Notes: generated by a model from the sequence alone, not told the origin. 64,000 nucleotides of DNA from Patescibacteria group bacterium (GCA_022574205.1 JACZSL010000002.1:11965-75964), one strand, 5' to 3'. Counted from the first letter of the stretch, positions 10,039-19,541 are shown. Translations and numbers: made by a program.

Positions 10039-10578
10039 TTAAGATTTTAGTTTGTTTATTGCGTCGAGCAAATGATCCTTCACAACGTTTTGTATTATGT
10101 CAGACGTAGAAGTGGTTTCTGCCTGACGAGGTAACGTGATTAATTCTCCGCAATGTTTTTTAATTTCTTTTTTTTGAGCAGCTGTATAAGATTCTCCTAC
10201 AACACTGACAAAAATATCTATAGGAACTTTTTTTATAAGACCAAATTTCCATTGCCCCTTTGGATCAATATCGTCAATAAGAACAATGTAGTCAATACAA
10301 TCCTGATATGAAAGCATCTCCATCCGTTCTTGTTCAGGAATAACTGGTCGTAAAGGATCTTTATATAATTTTATTCCCTTATCACTATCAACACCTACGA
10401 TAAGTATATCCCCTTGCTCCTTCGCTCTGTTTAAATATCGTAAATGACCAATATGAAGCATGTCCCACGACCCTATAGTGCACACAATCTTATGCCCGAG
10501 TTCTCTGTGCGCGCAAGCATATTTTTTAAGCTCTCGATAATTGGAAACTATTTTTTTGTTTATTTTCAGATTGTACAT
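10039..10578 (-). CDS. Cytidylyltransferase-like nucleotidyltransferase (RfaE domain II / TagD-like)
   Basis: GSWDMLHIGHLRYLNRAKEQGDILIVGVDSD, an (H/T)xGH nucleotidyltransferase motif. Confidence 0.6.
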   Translation of the reverse strand: MYNLKINKKIVSNYRELKKYACAHRELGHKIVCTIGSWDMLHIGHLRYLNRAKEQGDILIVGVDSDKGIKLYKDPLRPVIPEQERMEMLSYQDCIDYIVLIDDIDPKGQWKFGLIKKVPIDIFVSVVGESYTAAQKKEIKKHCGELITLPRQAETTSTSDIIQNVVKDHLLDAINKLKS

Positions 10579-10666
10579 ACAAGCATGTGAATATAAACAA
10601 GTATACTTGGTCGTAATGTTGATTCAAGGAGACAAAACTTTTTCGTAGTGGTATAAAATAGGGGAA

Positions 10667-11164
10667 ATGGATAAGCCAATCATCAGCATAATTGTAGCTA
10701 TTTCTAAGGCAAATCGCGGAATCGGTAAAGGACCGAGCCTTTTATGGCGTATTTCGGATGATCTCAAGCGTTTTAAGGCCCTAACTTTAGGACACCCTAT
10801 AATAATGGGGCAAACCACTTATGAGTCCATTGGCAAACCCCTGCCGGAAAGGACCAACATAATCGTGTCAAATGATGATAAATATGAAGCTCGGGGTACA
10901 ATAGTTACTCATTCAATAGAGGAGTCTCTGGAAAAAGCAAAAGAGGTTGAAGAAAATGAAATATTTATAATAGGTGGAGGACAAATATATAAACAGTTCT
11001 TACCATTAGTGGATAGGCTATATCTAACTATAATAGAAGGAGAGCGCGAAGCTGACGTTTTTTTCCCCGAATATGAAAAAGAATTTACAAAAAAAATATC
11101 CAAAGAAAATCGAGTTTCTCCAGATGGAATCAAATATAGTTGGGTTATATTAGAAAAAGAATAG
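10667..11164 (+). CDS. folA: Dihydrofolate reductase
   Basis: ISIIVAISKANRGIGKGPSLLWRISDDLKRFKALTLGHPIIMGQTTYESIG... Confidence 0.9.
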   Translation: MDKPIISIIVAISKANRGIGKGPSLLWRISDDLKRFKALTLGHPIIMGQTTYESIGKPLPERTNIIVSNDDKYEARGTIVTHSIEESLEKAKEVEENEIFIIGGGQIYKQFLPLVDRLYLTIIEGEREADVFFPEYEKEFTKKISKENRVSPDGIKYSWVILEKE

Positions 11165-11992
11165 TTATTTACTTAACAAAACAAGATTGTTTAACAGTGT
11201 CGCAATAGTAATAGGACCAATCCCCCCTGGAACTGGACTATAGAGTGAAGCTTTAGCGCTGCACGCCGAGCTCGTGTCTCCGACCAGGCTCCCTTCTAAC
11301 TCACTCGTCGCGGCATCTAACAATACGACACCGTATTTTATCATGTCTGGTTTGATTAAGTTTGGTACACCAGCGCCGGTTACAATAATGTCAGCTTTTT
11401 GAATTTCTTCCACAAAATTTTCGGATTTACTGTCGAGAGAAACAACGTCCGCTCCTTGGTTTGTAAGCCACACTGCCGCTGGCCTTCCTACTAGCGCTCC
11501 CTTACCAACAACTACTGCTCGCTTTCCGTTTACATTAACATTGCCTCGTATAAGAATTTCGTTAATTGAAGCGATGACTGGTGGAAGAATAGTATTTGTA
11601 CCCTTTTGAAATTTTTCATTGCTTGCGTTACCAAGCACATCAACGTCAAGCTCAATCGGTACAGTATTTAATACGGCTTGTTTGTCTATATGAGACGGAA
11701 GAGGTAGTTGTACAATAATGCCGTCGACGGTATCTGCTGCAGCTTTAATTGCCTGTATTAATGTTTCTGTTGTTACACTCTCTTTGAAGCGAGCTATCTC
11801 TACATTGATACCGATCTTCTTGGCTATCTTTTGTTTTAATGACACATAGCGCGCGGTTACATTGTTTTGTCCAACTAAAACCACAAAAAGCTTGGGGCTT
11901 CTTTCTAGTTTTTTTATTACTCGCTTAAGCTCAGAAATGATGTCTTGAGCTATTTTCTTGCCATCTACAATCATGATTTTAAAAACCCGCAA
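11165..11992 (-). CDS. folD: Bifunctional methylene-THF dehydrogenase/cyclohydrolase
   Basis: Full-length FolD similarity (…YSPVPGGIGPITIATLLNNL…). The true start is probably the internal Met at 11974 (MIVDGKKIAQDI), because a terminator hairpin overlaps the longer ORF. Confidence 0.9.
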   Translation of the reverse strand: MRVFKIMIVDGKKIAQDIISELKRVIKKLERSPKLFVVLVGQNNVTARYVSLKQKIAKKIGINVEIARFKESVTTETLIQAIKAAADTVDGIIVQLPLPSHIDKQAVLNTVPIELDVDVLGNASNEKFQKGTNTILPPVIASINEILIRGNVNVNGKRAVVVGKGALVGRPAAVWLTNQGADVVSLDSKSENFVEEIQKADIIVTGAGVPNLIKPDMIKYGVVLLDAATSELEGSLVGDTSSACSAKASLYSPVPGGIGPITIATLLNNLVLLSK

Positions 11993-12019
11993 TTGCGGGT
12001 TTCTTTTTGTCTTTCCTTA
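11992..12019. terminator. Bidirectional intrinsic terminator (hairpin acccgcaattgcgggt flanked by an A-run and a T-run)
   Basis: aaaaacccgcaattgcgggtttcttttt, downstream of rplK on the minus strand. Confidence 0.6.
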
Positions 12020-12110
12020 TTTCACTTCGATTCCTTACAGGAACTGTACACCTTTAGGGTATGTTATTCGCCCGCTCATAACATATCTCTAAAGGTCGAT
12101 CGAAGTTTCA

Positions 12111-12533
12111 TTACTTCACTTCGATCCCCATACTTCGCGCAGTGCCTTCTATAATCTTATCTGCCGCCTCTAGATCGTGGGCTGTTAAGTCGGGCATTTT
12201 CTTTTCCGAGATCTCTCGCACTTGTGCTTTAGTTATTGTTCCTGCTTTTTTTACAAGATTTTTCCCGGAGCCTTTTGGTTTTCCGAGCGCCTTCAAAAGA
12301 AGGCGGGATGCAGGTGGTGTTTTCAATATAAAATCAAAACTCCTATCCTCATATACTGAAATCTCAACGGGAATAATGTCTCCCATCATGTCCCTCGTTG
12401 CGTCATTAAAACGATTGACGAAATCGCCAATATTAATACCAGCCTGACCAAGAGCAGGACCGACAGGGGGCGCCGGCGTTGCTTTGCCCGCTGGAATTTG
12501 AAGTTTCATTTTTCTTTCTACTTTTTTTGCCAT
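12111..12533 (-). CDS. rplK: Ribosomal protein L11
   Basis: [35 protein letters not shown]... Confidence 0.95.
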   Translation of the reverse strand: MAKKVERKMKLQIPAGKATPAPPVGPALGQAGINIGDFVNRFNDATRDMMGDIIPVEISVYEDRSFDFILKTPPASRLLLKALGKPKGSGKNLVKKAGTITKAQVREISEKKMPDLTAHDLEAADKIIEGTARSMGIEVK

Positions 12534-12546
12534 GACGGAATAATAC

Positions 12547-13092
12547 TTATATTTTCTTTACTTGCAAGAAATCTAGTTCAACTGGTGTCTCGCGACCAAA
12601 CATAGAGACCATGATCTTGACTTTACCGCGTTCTTCGTCAATCTCTCCCACCTTACCTTCGAGTTCTTTAAATGGTCCATCTATAATACTAACTAGATCG
12701 TCAAGATTAAGATCAATCTTATGCTTAACAGTTTCGTCGTTCATCCGACGAAAGAGAGCTTCCACTTCTTCAGTGGCAAGTGGTACAGGGTGAATACCAC
12801 TTCCCACAAAACCAGTTACGCGGGGAGTGTTTCGAACTACGTACCACGAATCATCGTCAACAATCATATCGACTAGAATGTAACCAGGATATACTTTTTC
12901 CTCTTCGACGACTCGCTTGCCGCTTTTAATTTTGATCTTCTTTTCAGTTGGAACAACCACGTCAAAAATCTTTTCCTTCATGCCGAGGCTTTCAATGCGC
13001 TGTCTAAGATTTCGCATAACAGCATTTTCATATCCTGCGTATGTGTGGATTGCGTACCAATTCCGTTCCTGATGTGCCTCTTGTTTTACCAT
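12547..13092 (-). CDS. nusG: Transcription antitermination factor NusG
   Basis: NGN domain plus C-terminal KOW ([35 protein letters not shown]). Confidence 0.9.
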   Translation of the reverse strand: MVKQEAHQERNWYAIHTYAGYENAVMRNLRQRIESLGMKEKIFDVVVPTEKKIKIKSGKRVVEEEKVYPGYILVDMIVDDDSWYVVRNTPRVTGFVGSGIHPVPLATEEVEALFRRMNDETVKHKIDLNLDDLVSIIDGPFKELEGKVGEIDEERGKVKIMVSMFGRETPVELDFLQVKKI

Positions 13093-13287
13093 GTCTTAGA
13101 TTTTGTTAATTATTTTGAGTGTTAACGAAAATTGATGTTACAAAACATTAGACCGAGCACATAGTGTGTGCTGACTAGATGATCGGAAATGTTTGACAGT
13201 GGCCTGTAAATTTTTTGCATACTTGTTTGGTTCGTGCTATGTGCTCGGCTAATCAATTAATAGTCGTCCTCGCAAGCTCGGACTCCT

Positions 13288-13476
13288 TTAATTACTAAAG
13301 AAGAAAAAGTCTATGGCTGTTGTAAAAATAAAATCAAAAAGCCCAAGATATAAAGATACAGCGATTGAAATAGCGATAACAAGCACAGTGAAGACCAAGA
13401 CTTGTTTCTGTGTTGGCCAACTAACGTGTTTGAGTTCACCTTTGGTGTCTCGTAGATATTGTGTAAACCTGCCCAT
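13288..13476 (-). CDS. secE: Preprotein translocase subunit SecE
   Basis: MGRFTQYLRDTKGELKHVSWPTQKQVLVFTVLVIAISIAVSLYLGLFDF; the listed ORF extends further upstream through a terminator-like hairpin, so an internal start is preferred. Confidence 0.8.
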   Translation of the reverse strand: MGRFTQYLRDTKGELKHVSWPTQKQVLVFTVLVIAISIAVSLYLGLFDFIFTTAIDFFFFSN

Positions 13477-13594
13477 AGTTTCTCTTACTAAAAAACCCCC
13501 CGAGGGGCTATCAATGCGTCTATAGTATCGAATGCGAACCAAAAGTCAAGTTACACTGGATTGTCTTAGGTCCCGTTAAGACGTGTGAGACTAT

Positions 13595-13870
13595 TCACCT
13601 AGCGTGCCCAAGGAATACTTTCTCAAGAATGTCACTTTCCTCTAGCTTTTTTGTGTCTCCGTCCGCAACCACACGTCCTTTGTCTAGGATGTAACCTCGG
13701 TCTACAACAGAGAAGAGTGATTTTAAGTTGTGTTCCACGACAAATATAGCTGTGCCATGATGTTCGTTGATATTTCGGATGAGTGCGAATACTTCTTTCA
13801 CAACCTTGGGGGCAAGACCAAGTGATGGTTCGTCGAGCAGCAGCACTGGGTCGGATTTTGTGTTCTTATT
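13595..13870 (-). pseudogene. C-terminal fragment of a LivF/LivG-like ABC transporter ATPase (no Walker A or signature motif)
   Basis: Stop-bounded frame ...NKNTKSDPVLLLDEPSLGLAPKVVKEVFALIRNINEHHGTAIFVVEHNLKSLFSVVDRGYILDKGRVV... matches only the last ~90 aa of LivF-type ATPases. Confidence 0.6.
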
Positions 13871-13891
13871 TTATGGCTTAAAACAACAGTT

Positions 13892-14770
13892 TTAACGAAT
13901 TTCGTAGGTAATTGAGACGTTTGAGGTGATCTTATTTTCGCCAACTGGAATTTCCGGAGCTTCTAGGCCACCGGCACCAAACACCGTGCTTTCAATAGCT
14001 AAATCAAAACTTCTTGCGTAAACTGGGTATCCTCCGCCTTCACTGAAACTAACCACGCGTATAAGTTTGACGCCAAGATCTCGCGCGAGCTGTTTCGCTT
14101 TTGTCCTCGCGTCATCTATAGCTTCACGGCGTGCATCGCGCTTCAGCTCATCCTCGTCGTCAATAGTAAAGTTAAGCCCACTGACATTGGTGACTCCAAC
14201 AGAACCAATTTCTGCGAGGATCTCTCCTGCTTTATCTATGTCACGTATTTTTACAGAAATTGTTTGACTCACATTGTATCCAGTGAGCTCTCTCTTGCCT
14301 CCACCGCAAGGAAATCCTGGTTTACAAATTTCGCGTATATATGTGTACTGTGGGTAAACATTGTATGCAGTCGTCTTGATATCGCGCTCTTCAACGTTAG
14401 CCCCGCGTAAGAGCCCTAGTGCAACATTAATCTTTCTTGTCGCCTCAGCTTGTGCTTCTTTTACGGTTACTTTTTCTTCAGAGACCGAGAAAGAGAAGCT
14501 TCCGATATCAGGAACTGCAAAGACTTCGCCGACTCCACTTACAGTAATCGTGTTGGTTGCCGGGACTCCGCCGCCGATAAATCGGTATGATTTGATTTCG
14601 CCTACTGTCTTCACAAAAAGAAAAAGGGAGAGAAGGAGAAGCACTAAAATGATTGATCCTTTTATTTTGTCATGGCGCATATAATGCATTACGCTCTGTG
14701 CGTCGTTGTCCATATTGTTATAAATTATTCCATTATCAGTGGCCATAGAGTACCATGCTTCTCTCCACAA
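13892..14770 (-). CDS. SIMPL/DUF541 (BP26/OMP28-like) secreted or membrane-anchored protein
   Basis: N-terminal TM segment, then a DUF541-like region (…GYNVSQTISVKIRDIDKAGEIL…). Confidence 0.6.
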   Translation of the reverse strand: MWREAWYSMATDNGIIYNNMDNDAQSVMHYMRHDKIKGSIILVLLLLSLFLFVKTVGEIKSYRFIGGGVPATNTITVSGVGEVFAVPDIGSFSFSVSEEKVTVKEAQAEATRKINVALGLLRGANVEERDIKTTAYNVYPQYTYIREICKPGFPCGGGKRELTGYNVSQTISVKIRDIDKAGEILAEIGSVGVTNVSGLNFTIDDEDELKRDARREAIDDARTKAKQLARDLGVKLIRVVSFSEGGGYPVYARSFDLAIESTVFGAGGLEAPEIPVGENKITSNVSITYEIR

Positions 14771-14833
14771 TAGAAATCGCCCACAAGCTCTAGATAATAA
14801 GTTTTCTTTTATTCTTCATACACCCGTCTTATT

Positions 14834-15832
14834 TTAGAGATATTCGAATAAAAGTTCTTCAAACCCGCTTCCAAACAAAAGGAAACCGTATTGCACAAGA
14901 AGGCCGAAACTCCCAAGCACAAGGAGAGCACCGAGAGCAACAAGAAAGAGGCCGCCGCCCACTCCAAGCACGTCTATTTTTTCATGCCTTTTTGCTATAA
15001 GCGCCATTCCAATCCCGGATAGAGTCGGAATAATAAACGCCTGAAATCCTTGAAGTAAAGTTTCGGATATGTTCACTCCAAACTTGCTGAATATTGAAAC
15101 AACAACAAGATCGAGAATAAGGCCAAATAAAAATCCTACAACGCCGAGGATTCCTACGCGGTGTTTGGAAAGATATGCAAAGAAGTTGCTGATTTTTTCC
15201 ATTGCCTGTGAAAAGCCAAACGCAATCAAAAGAAACGGCACCGCCAACCCCATTGAAAAGATTGCAAGAAGGAGTGCGCCTTGCAGTATAGACCCCTCTG
15301 AAGATGCGAGCAGTAAAATTGAGCCCAAAATAGGTCCGACGCATGGCGTCCATCCAAACGCAAACGCACCACCGATGGTGAGTGAGGTTGTTGGTTTTCC
15401 TATCTTTAGGAATTTAGGCATCTTTATTCTCTTGTCTGCCTGCAAAAAGGGAATCTTGAAAAGGCCGAGCATAAAAGCACCGAAGAGGATGACCAAAAGA
15501 CCGCTGACTTGCCCTATACGTATTCGCAACAGTCCTTCTCCCTCAAGGGTTGTGGGGCCGATGCCAAAAAATTGCAAAATCTGTACAAGGCTGCCAAAGA
15601 GAGCTCCGAAAATAATGAATACGATTGAAAATCCCAAAATGAAGAACACTCCGTTTCGAAATACTTTTTTCTTTGCCTCGCGTGCGCTATCCGGATTTTC
15701 TAGATCACCTTTTGATACACCGCTTATAAAGCCGAGATACGCTGGCACGAGAGGGAGCGTACAGGGAGCGAGAAATGTTATAAGTCCTGCGATAAAGGCA
15801 GAGACGGCAATTCCTATGCTTATTTCAATCAC
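14834..15832 (-). CDS. ccdA: Cytochrome c-type biogenesis / thiol-disulfide transporter CcdA (DsbD family)
   Basis: Polytopic membrane protein with LAPCTLPLVPAYLGF and ...GWTPCVGPILGSIL... Cys motifs. Confidence 0.8.
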   Translation of the reverse strand: MIEISIGIAVSAFIAGLITFLAPCTLPLVPAYLGFISGVSKGDLENPDSAREAKKKVFRNGVFFILGFSIVFIIFGALFGSLVQILQFFGIGPTTLEGEGLLRIRIGQVSGLLVILFGAFMLGLFKIPFLQADKRIKMPKFLKIGKPTTSLTIGGAFAFGWTPCVGPILGSILLLASSEGSILQGALLLAIFSMGLAVPFLLIAFGFSQAMEKISNFFAYLSKHRVGILGVVGFLFGLILDLVVVSIFSKFGVNISETLLQGFQAFIIPTLSGIGMALIAKRHEKIDVLGVGGGLFLVALGALLVLGSFGLLVQYGFLLFGSGFEELLFEYL

Positions 15833-16042
15833 GATTTTTCTTAGATTTTGTTAGTGAACGGAGTGAGCTTAGAAAATCTTAGACCCCGCACTATTTTTGC
15901 TGTTAATTTACCTCGCAACATGCGTGCGCGAATAGCGCATCCCTTTATGGGCGAAGCGTGTTGCTTGAATGTATTCAGTTCTGGGTTGTTAATTAACATA
16001 TATATGTTTTTGTTTTGCAAAAATGGTGCTGGGGTGATTTTG

Positions 16043-16609
16043 CTAAGAGTTTAGTATTGAATTAACCTTTTCCACCATTTCCTTCAATTTCATTGGCCCG
16101 CGTTTATGAATGCGAACATTGCCTTCGCTGTCAACGAAAAGAGTTTCCGGCATAGAGAAGCCGCCGATTGATCGATAAAACGAGTCCTTTGGATCGAGCA
16201 AGAATGTGTATGCATCACTTATTCCTGCGTTGTCTGTGTAATTCTTCGCTGTGCTTAGAGACTCCTGTCTGTCTATGGCAATAACCGCTATGTCGTCAGG
16301 AAATAGCTCTTGCAAATCACGGAATGCTGGCAACTCTTCCACACAAAACGGACACCATGCTGCCCACGAGTTAATTACAAGTATCTTGCCAGGGAAATCA
16401 TTTACAGAGACTTGATTACCATCGTAATCAGAGAGTGTAAACTGTGGTACTTTATCGAACTGTTCTGATTCTGTAGAAACTTCAGAGGATGTCTCTGCGC
16501 CAGTTCCTTCACGAGTTATTTCTTCTGCGGGGTTTTCGCGAGAAGAGATAAAAGCAAACCCACCGACTCCAATAACGATTACTATGATCGCTATTATTAA
16601 TTTGTTCAT
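16043..16609 (-). CDS. TlpA/ResA-like thioredoxin-fold thiol-disulfide oxidoreductase
   Basis: N-terminal TM; WAAWCPFCVEELP CxxC motif. Confidence 0.8.
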   Translation of the reverse strand: MNKLIIAIIVIVIGVGGFAFISSRENPAEEITREGTGAETSSEVSTESEQFDKVPQFTLSDYDGNQVSVNDFPGKILVINSWAAWCPFCVEELPAFRDLQELFPDDIAVIAIDRQESLSTAKNYTDNAGISDAYTFLLDPKDSFYRSIGGFSMPETLFVDSEGNVRIHKRGPMKLKEMVEKVNSILNS

Positions 16610-16614
16610 ATTAG

Positions 16615-17337
16615 TTAGTTATTTAATGCTTGGATAATAATTTGATTTATTTGTTCATACGGAAGCGCCCCGCTAAATGGAAACACCTGTCCGTTTTCCG
16701 CTACTACTATGTTAAACGGTGTTCCTCTTCCGCCAGAAGCAATAGCGTTTTGTCCGTCCACCTGTACACGTTCATTATGACGGCCCGAATTAAGACACTC
16801 GGTAAAAGCCACTTTTTCAATCCCCAGACTTGAGGCGGTTTCAACATACAGACTCTCTCCAAGCGAAGACTGACTTTCAAAAAGCTTGCCAATAAATTTC
16901 CAAAAGGCATCGTTTCCTCCAAGTTCGGCTACACACTCCGAAGCAATACTTGCAATAAGCGCACGTGAGTGAATACTAGTAAGCGGGAAATGCCTGTATA
17001 CCCACCGCACCTCGCCATCTGATTCTTCCACTATGCGTGAAAGTGTTGGATGGAGTCTCCGACAAAACGGACATTCAAGGTCAGAGTATTCGACAATCGT
17101 CACAGAAGCATTTACGTTTCCAAAAATGTGATCGCTGTCATCAACGGGACGCAGGTTTTCTGCAGTCGATGAATTGTTGTTGCCAAACCCACCCCCGGAC
17201 GCGCTTCCTGCGTTAGCTGCATCTAGAGATGCTCCTCCTGATGAAAACATAAGAGCAGCTCCAATAAAAAGCCCTGCAAGTACAATTGAACCTGGAATAA
17301 TGTAAGGATTTTGTTGCTTTTTTTGGTTTACTGACAT
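16615..17337 (-). CDS. DsbA-like thioredoxin-domain protein
   Basis: N-terminal TM; YSDLECPFCRRLHP CxxC motif. Confidence 0.7.
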   Translation of the reverse strand: MSVNQKKQQNPYIIPGSIVLAGLFIGAALMFSSGGASLDAANAGSASGGGFGNNNSSTAENLRPVDDSDHIFGNVNASVTIVEYSDLECPFCRRLHPTLSRIVEESDGEVRWVYRHFPLTSIHSRALIASIASECVAELGGNDAFWKFIGKLFESQSSLGESLYVETASSLGIEKVAFTECLNSGRHNERVQVDGQNAIASGGRGTPFNIVVAENGQVFPFSGALPYEQINQIIIQALNN

Positions 17338-17353
17338 GTTTTTTTAGCGTAAC

Positions 17354-18001
17354 CTATCTTCGATGTCCTCCTATTGGAGCCTGTACACGCTCAGGACCTT
17401 TGTTTATGAATCGTGCAATGAAATCACTTATGCGAGACTCGAGCGCCTCCGCCTCAAGGCTTCCAAGATCAAAGCTGTCAACATGCCCCCACGCGACAAG
17501 TGCGACGTCGAGATCATTATCTGTCCTTGGTGTAATAATTACTTTTGACGCCGCAAACTCCCGAAGCAACTCCTTATCAGTTTCGGCAATATCAGGTTTG
17601 TACGCGATCCAAATGTCGCCGTGTTCAAGATTATGAACTATTTGTTCATCGGGTACATGTTCGTCAACATCATAAAACCCTGCACGTGCGGTGCTCGCGT
17701 AGTGCGAGCCACTCGAGGGAGGATTTGAGCTGTACGGTGGATGTTCCGACCCCACTTTGATGTGTTGGCGACCGTCTGATGGAAAAGATTCGCTAAAATC
17801 TTCACCTTGTGGCCCGCTCTTTTGTGAAATAACTACAAATCCCCACAAGGAAAGGGCTATAATAATGATTGTAATGCCCCACTTTGTGATTGATTTTTTT
17901 GCAGTTCCGCTCTTAGCTTCTTGTCTCTGCAACCCCCTCTTTTTAATCTGTTGTGCTTTCTTCTCTTTGTAAGAGAGCTCTTGATCTTTTTCTGTTTCCA
18001 T
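17354..18001 (-). CDS. DUF3105 membrane-anchored protein
   Basis: TM anchor; ...SNPPSSGSHY... HNLEHGDIWIAY. Confidence 0.55.
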   Translation of the reverse strand: METEKDQELSYKEKKAQQIKKRGLQRQEAKSGTAKKSITKWGITIIIIALSLWGFVVISQKSGPQGEDFSESFPSDGRQHIKVGSEHPPYSSNPPSSGSHYASTARAGFYDVDEHVPDEQIVHNLEHGDIWIAYKPDIAETDKELLREFAASKVIITPRTDNDLDVALVAWGHVDSFDLGSLEAEALESRISDFIARFINKGPERVQAPIGGHRR

Positions 18002-18017
18002 ATAACTAAATTAATAC

Positions 18018-19124
18018 TTAATTAAATAATTCTGTGTCTGGATGCACCGCAAGCCACGAGAACCAAAATGCTCCAATGTATGGAAGTGGTTGTCTTCTAG
18101 CGCCAATGAACATGCGTACTCCTCCAATATTACTCTTCTCAATGGTAATATCATTACCTAGAAATATATCTTTCGTTTCCCCAATAGGAAGCGCCTCGTT
18201 GTCATAAGCTTTAAACTTGCCGTCTATTTCAATACCAAGAACATATACTTTTGGATGTAGGCGGTCATCGTTGAAACTTGCTCCGAAGGAAACGTCACGG
18301 TTTGTGTAGTAGTTTCCATACGGATCTCTCCCATAATTTCTTGAAAAGCCGGTGTCTTGTGAAAGTATTTTTGTCTTTGGGTGTTTCCCTTTCCAATCGC
18401 CATAAAGAACAGCGTCTGACGGAATGATAGTAAGTTTACGGCCTGTGTGAATCCCGAGCACCGCCTCCCCCAAGACTTGTGACCATAGCGACTCATCGTC
18501 TTCGTTTGGGGTTCGATTATACATTAGAAGATTTGAACGCCATAGCCGCCCCGATACGCCAAACTCTGTCGGACTGCCATTAAGCTCTCTATCAAAAATA
18601 ATACCGGTAAGACACAGTGGGCAGTACGAAATAAGCAGTGGGTCTCCGGCCACAGTATCGTTTACAAGTTCGTGCCACACTAAAATGGAGTATGGGTAGA
18701 AACGTGTTTCTCCTTTGTAGGAGAGCCCGAGTCCAGGGTTGTCATCAGATAAATATTCATCTGCTTCGCTTATGTTTACAAACTTTGGATTATCAATTGA
18801 CGGAATCCCGTCTTTAGGAGGGCCGCCTGAAAGAATTTCATTGATTGGAATTGAGTGTTTTGTACCGTCAGTGACAAAAATCTCACGGGAACTTGTGCCG
18901 GGGATTTCTATCGTAGACCCATCGTTTACTCCGTCCAACACCTCCTCCTTCTCTGTGCCTTCGCTCGCTTTTATATTATTTAATTCAGCTTCTGTTGTTT
19001 CTTCAGTGTTAAGTGGTGTAGTCTCCCCTGTTGGTAATTCGAATCGCTCTCCTCTCGTAAAAATGAAAGCCGCTCCAAGAGCGATTGCAAGCAAAATAAT
19101 GATAATGACGGTGCTCGAACTCAT
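18018..19124 (-). CDS. DUF3179 secreted protein (CPLC motif)
   Basis: N-terminal TM/signal; ...LLISYCPLCLTG... WFSWLAVHPDTELF. Confidence 0.55.
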   Translation of the reverse strand: MSSSTVIIIILLAIALGAAFIFTRGERFELPTGETTPLNTEETTEAELNNIKASEGTEKEEVLDGVNDGSTIEIPGTSSREIFVTDGTKHSIPINEILSGGPPKDGIPSIDNPKFVNISEADEYLSDDNPGLGLSYKGETRFYPYSILVWHELVNDTVAGDPLLISYCPLCLTGIIFDRELNGSPTEFGVSGRLWRSNLLMYNRTPNEDDESLWSQVLGEAVLGIHTGRKLTIIPSDAVLYGDWKGKHPKTKILSQDTGFSRNYGRDPYGNYYTNRDVSFGASFNDDRLHPKVYVLGIEIDGKFKAYDNEALPIGETKDIFLGNDITIEKSNIGGVRMFIGARRQPLPYIGAFWFSWLAVHPDTELFN

Positions 19125-19230
19125 CCCATTAGATAATTATTCTTTTAATATTTGATGTTGGCATTGTGTTTTTCGTTTTATTTACATTTAAGAATATTTG
19201 GCGTAATCGTAATTACTAACGGGACAAGTA

Positions 19231-19524
19231 TTACGTATTGATTACATTCATAATTCGTCTAATGTCGTCCGACAATGCAGACTTGTGCACTTCATAACAC
19301 ACATTTTGTCCATCTCGGAAAGACTTGAGCACGCCTCGTGCCTCGAGATTTGAAAGCTGATGAGACGCAGCTGAGTGAGATATGCCGACAGCTTCTGCAA
19401 TTTCATAAACACACATGGCTTCCGATGAATATAGTAGCGAAAGAATACGAAAACGGGTCGCGTCAGCAAGAATTTTGAACGCGATGGTTGCTTTTGTTGT
19501 ATCGAATCTTAGCGTTTGAAGCAT
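19231..19524 (-). CDS. ArsR/SmtB-family metalloregulator
   Basis: wHTH: FRILSLLYSSEAMCVYEIAEAVGISHSAASHQLSNLEARGVL. Confidence 0.8.
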   Translation of the reverse strand: MLQTLRFDTTKATIAFKILADATRFRILSLLYSSEAMCVYEIAEAVGISHSAASHQLSNLEARGVLKSFRDGQNVCYEVHKSALSDDIRRIMNVINT

Positions 19525-19541
19525 GGATCTAGTATATGTAG

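Noticed and set aside
13477-13542. 22-aa N-terminal extension of secE (MVRIRYYRRIDSPSGGFLVRET)
   Set aside because: It translates through a terminator-like hairpin (gcccctcgggggg+T-run); SecE homologues start at MGRFTQY.
15069-15854. 261-aa plus-strand ORF antisense to ccdA
   Set aside because: Arg/Pro-rich low-complexity product; the opposite strand encodes a well-supported CcdA with conserved Cys motifs. This is a typical antisense shadow ORF.
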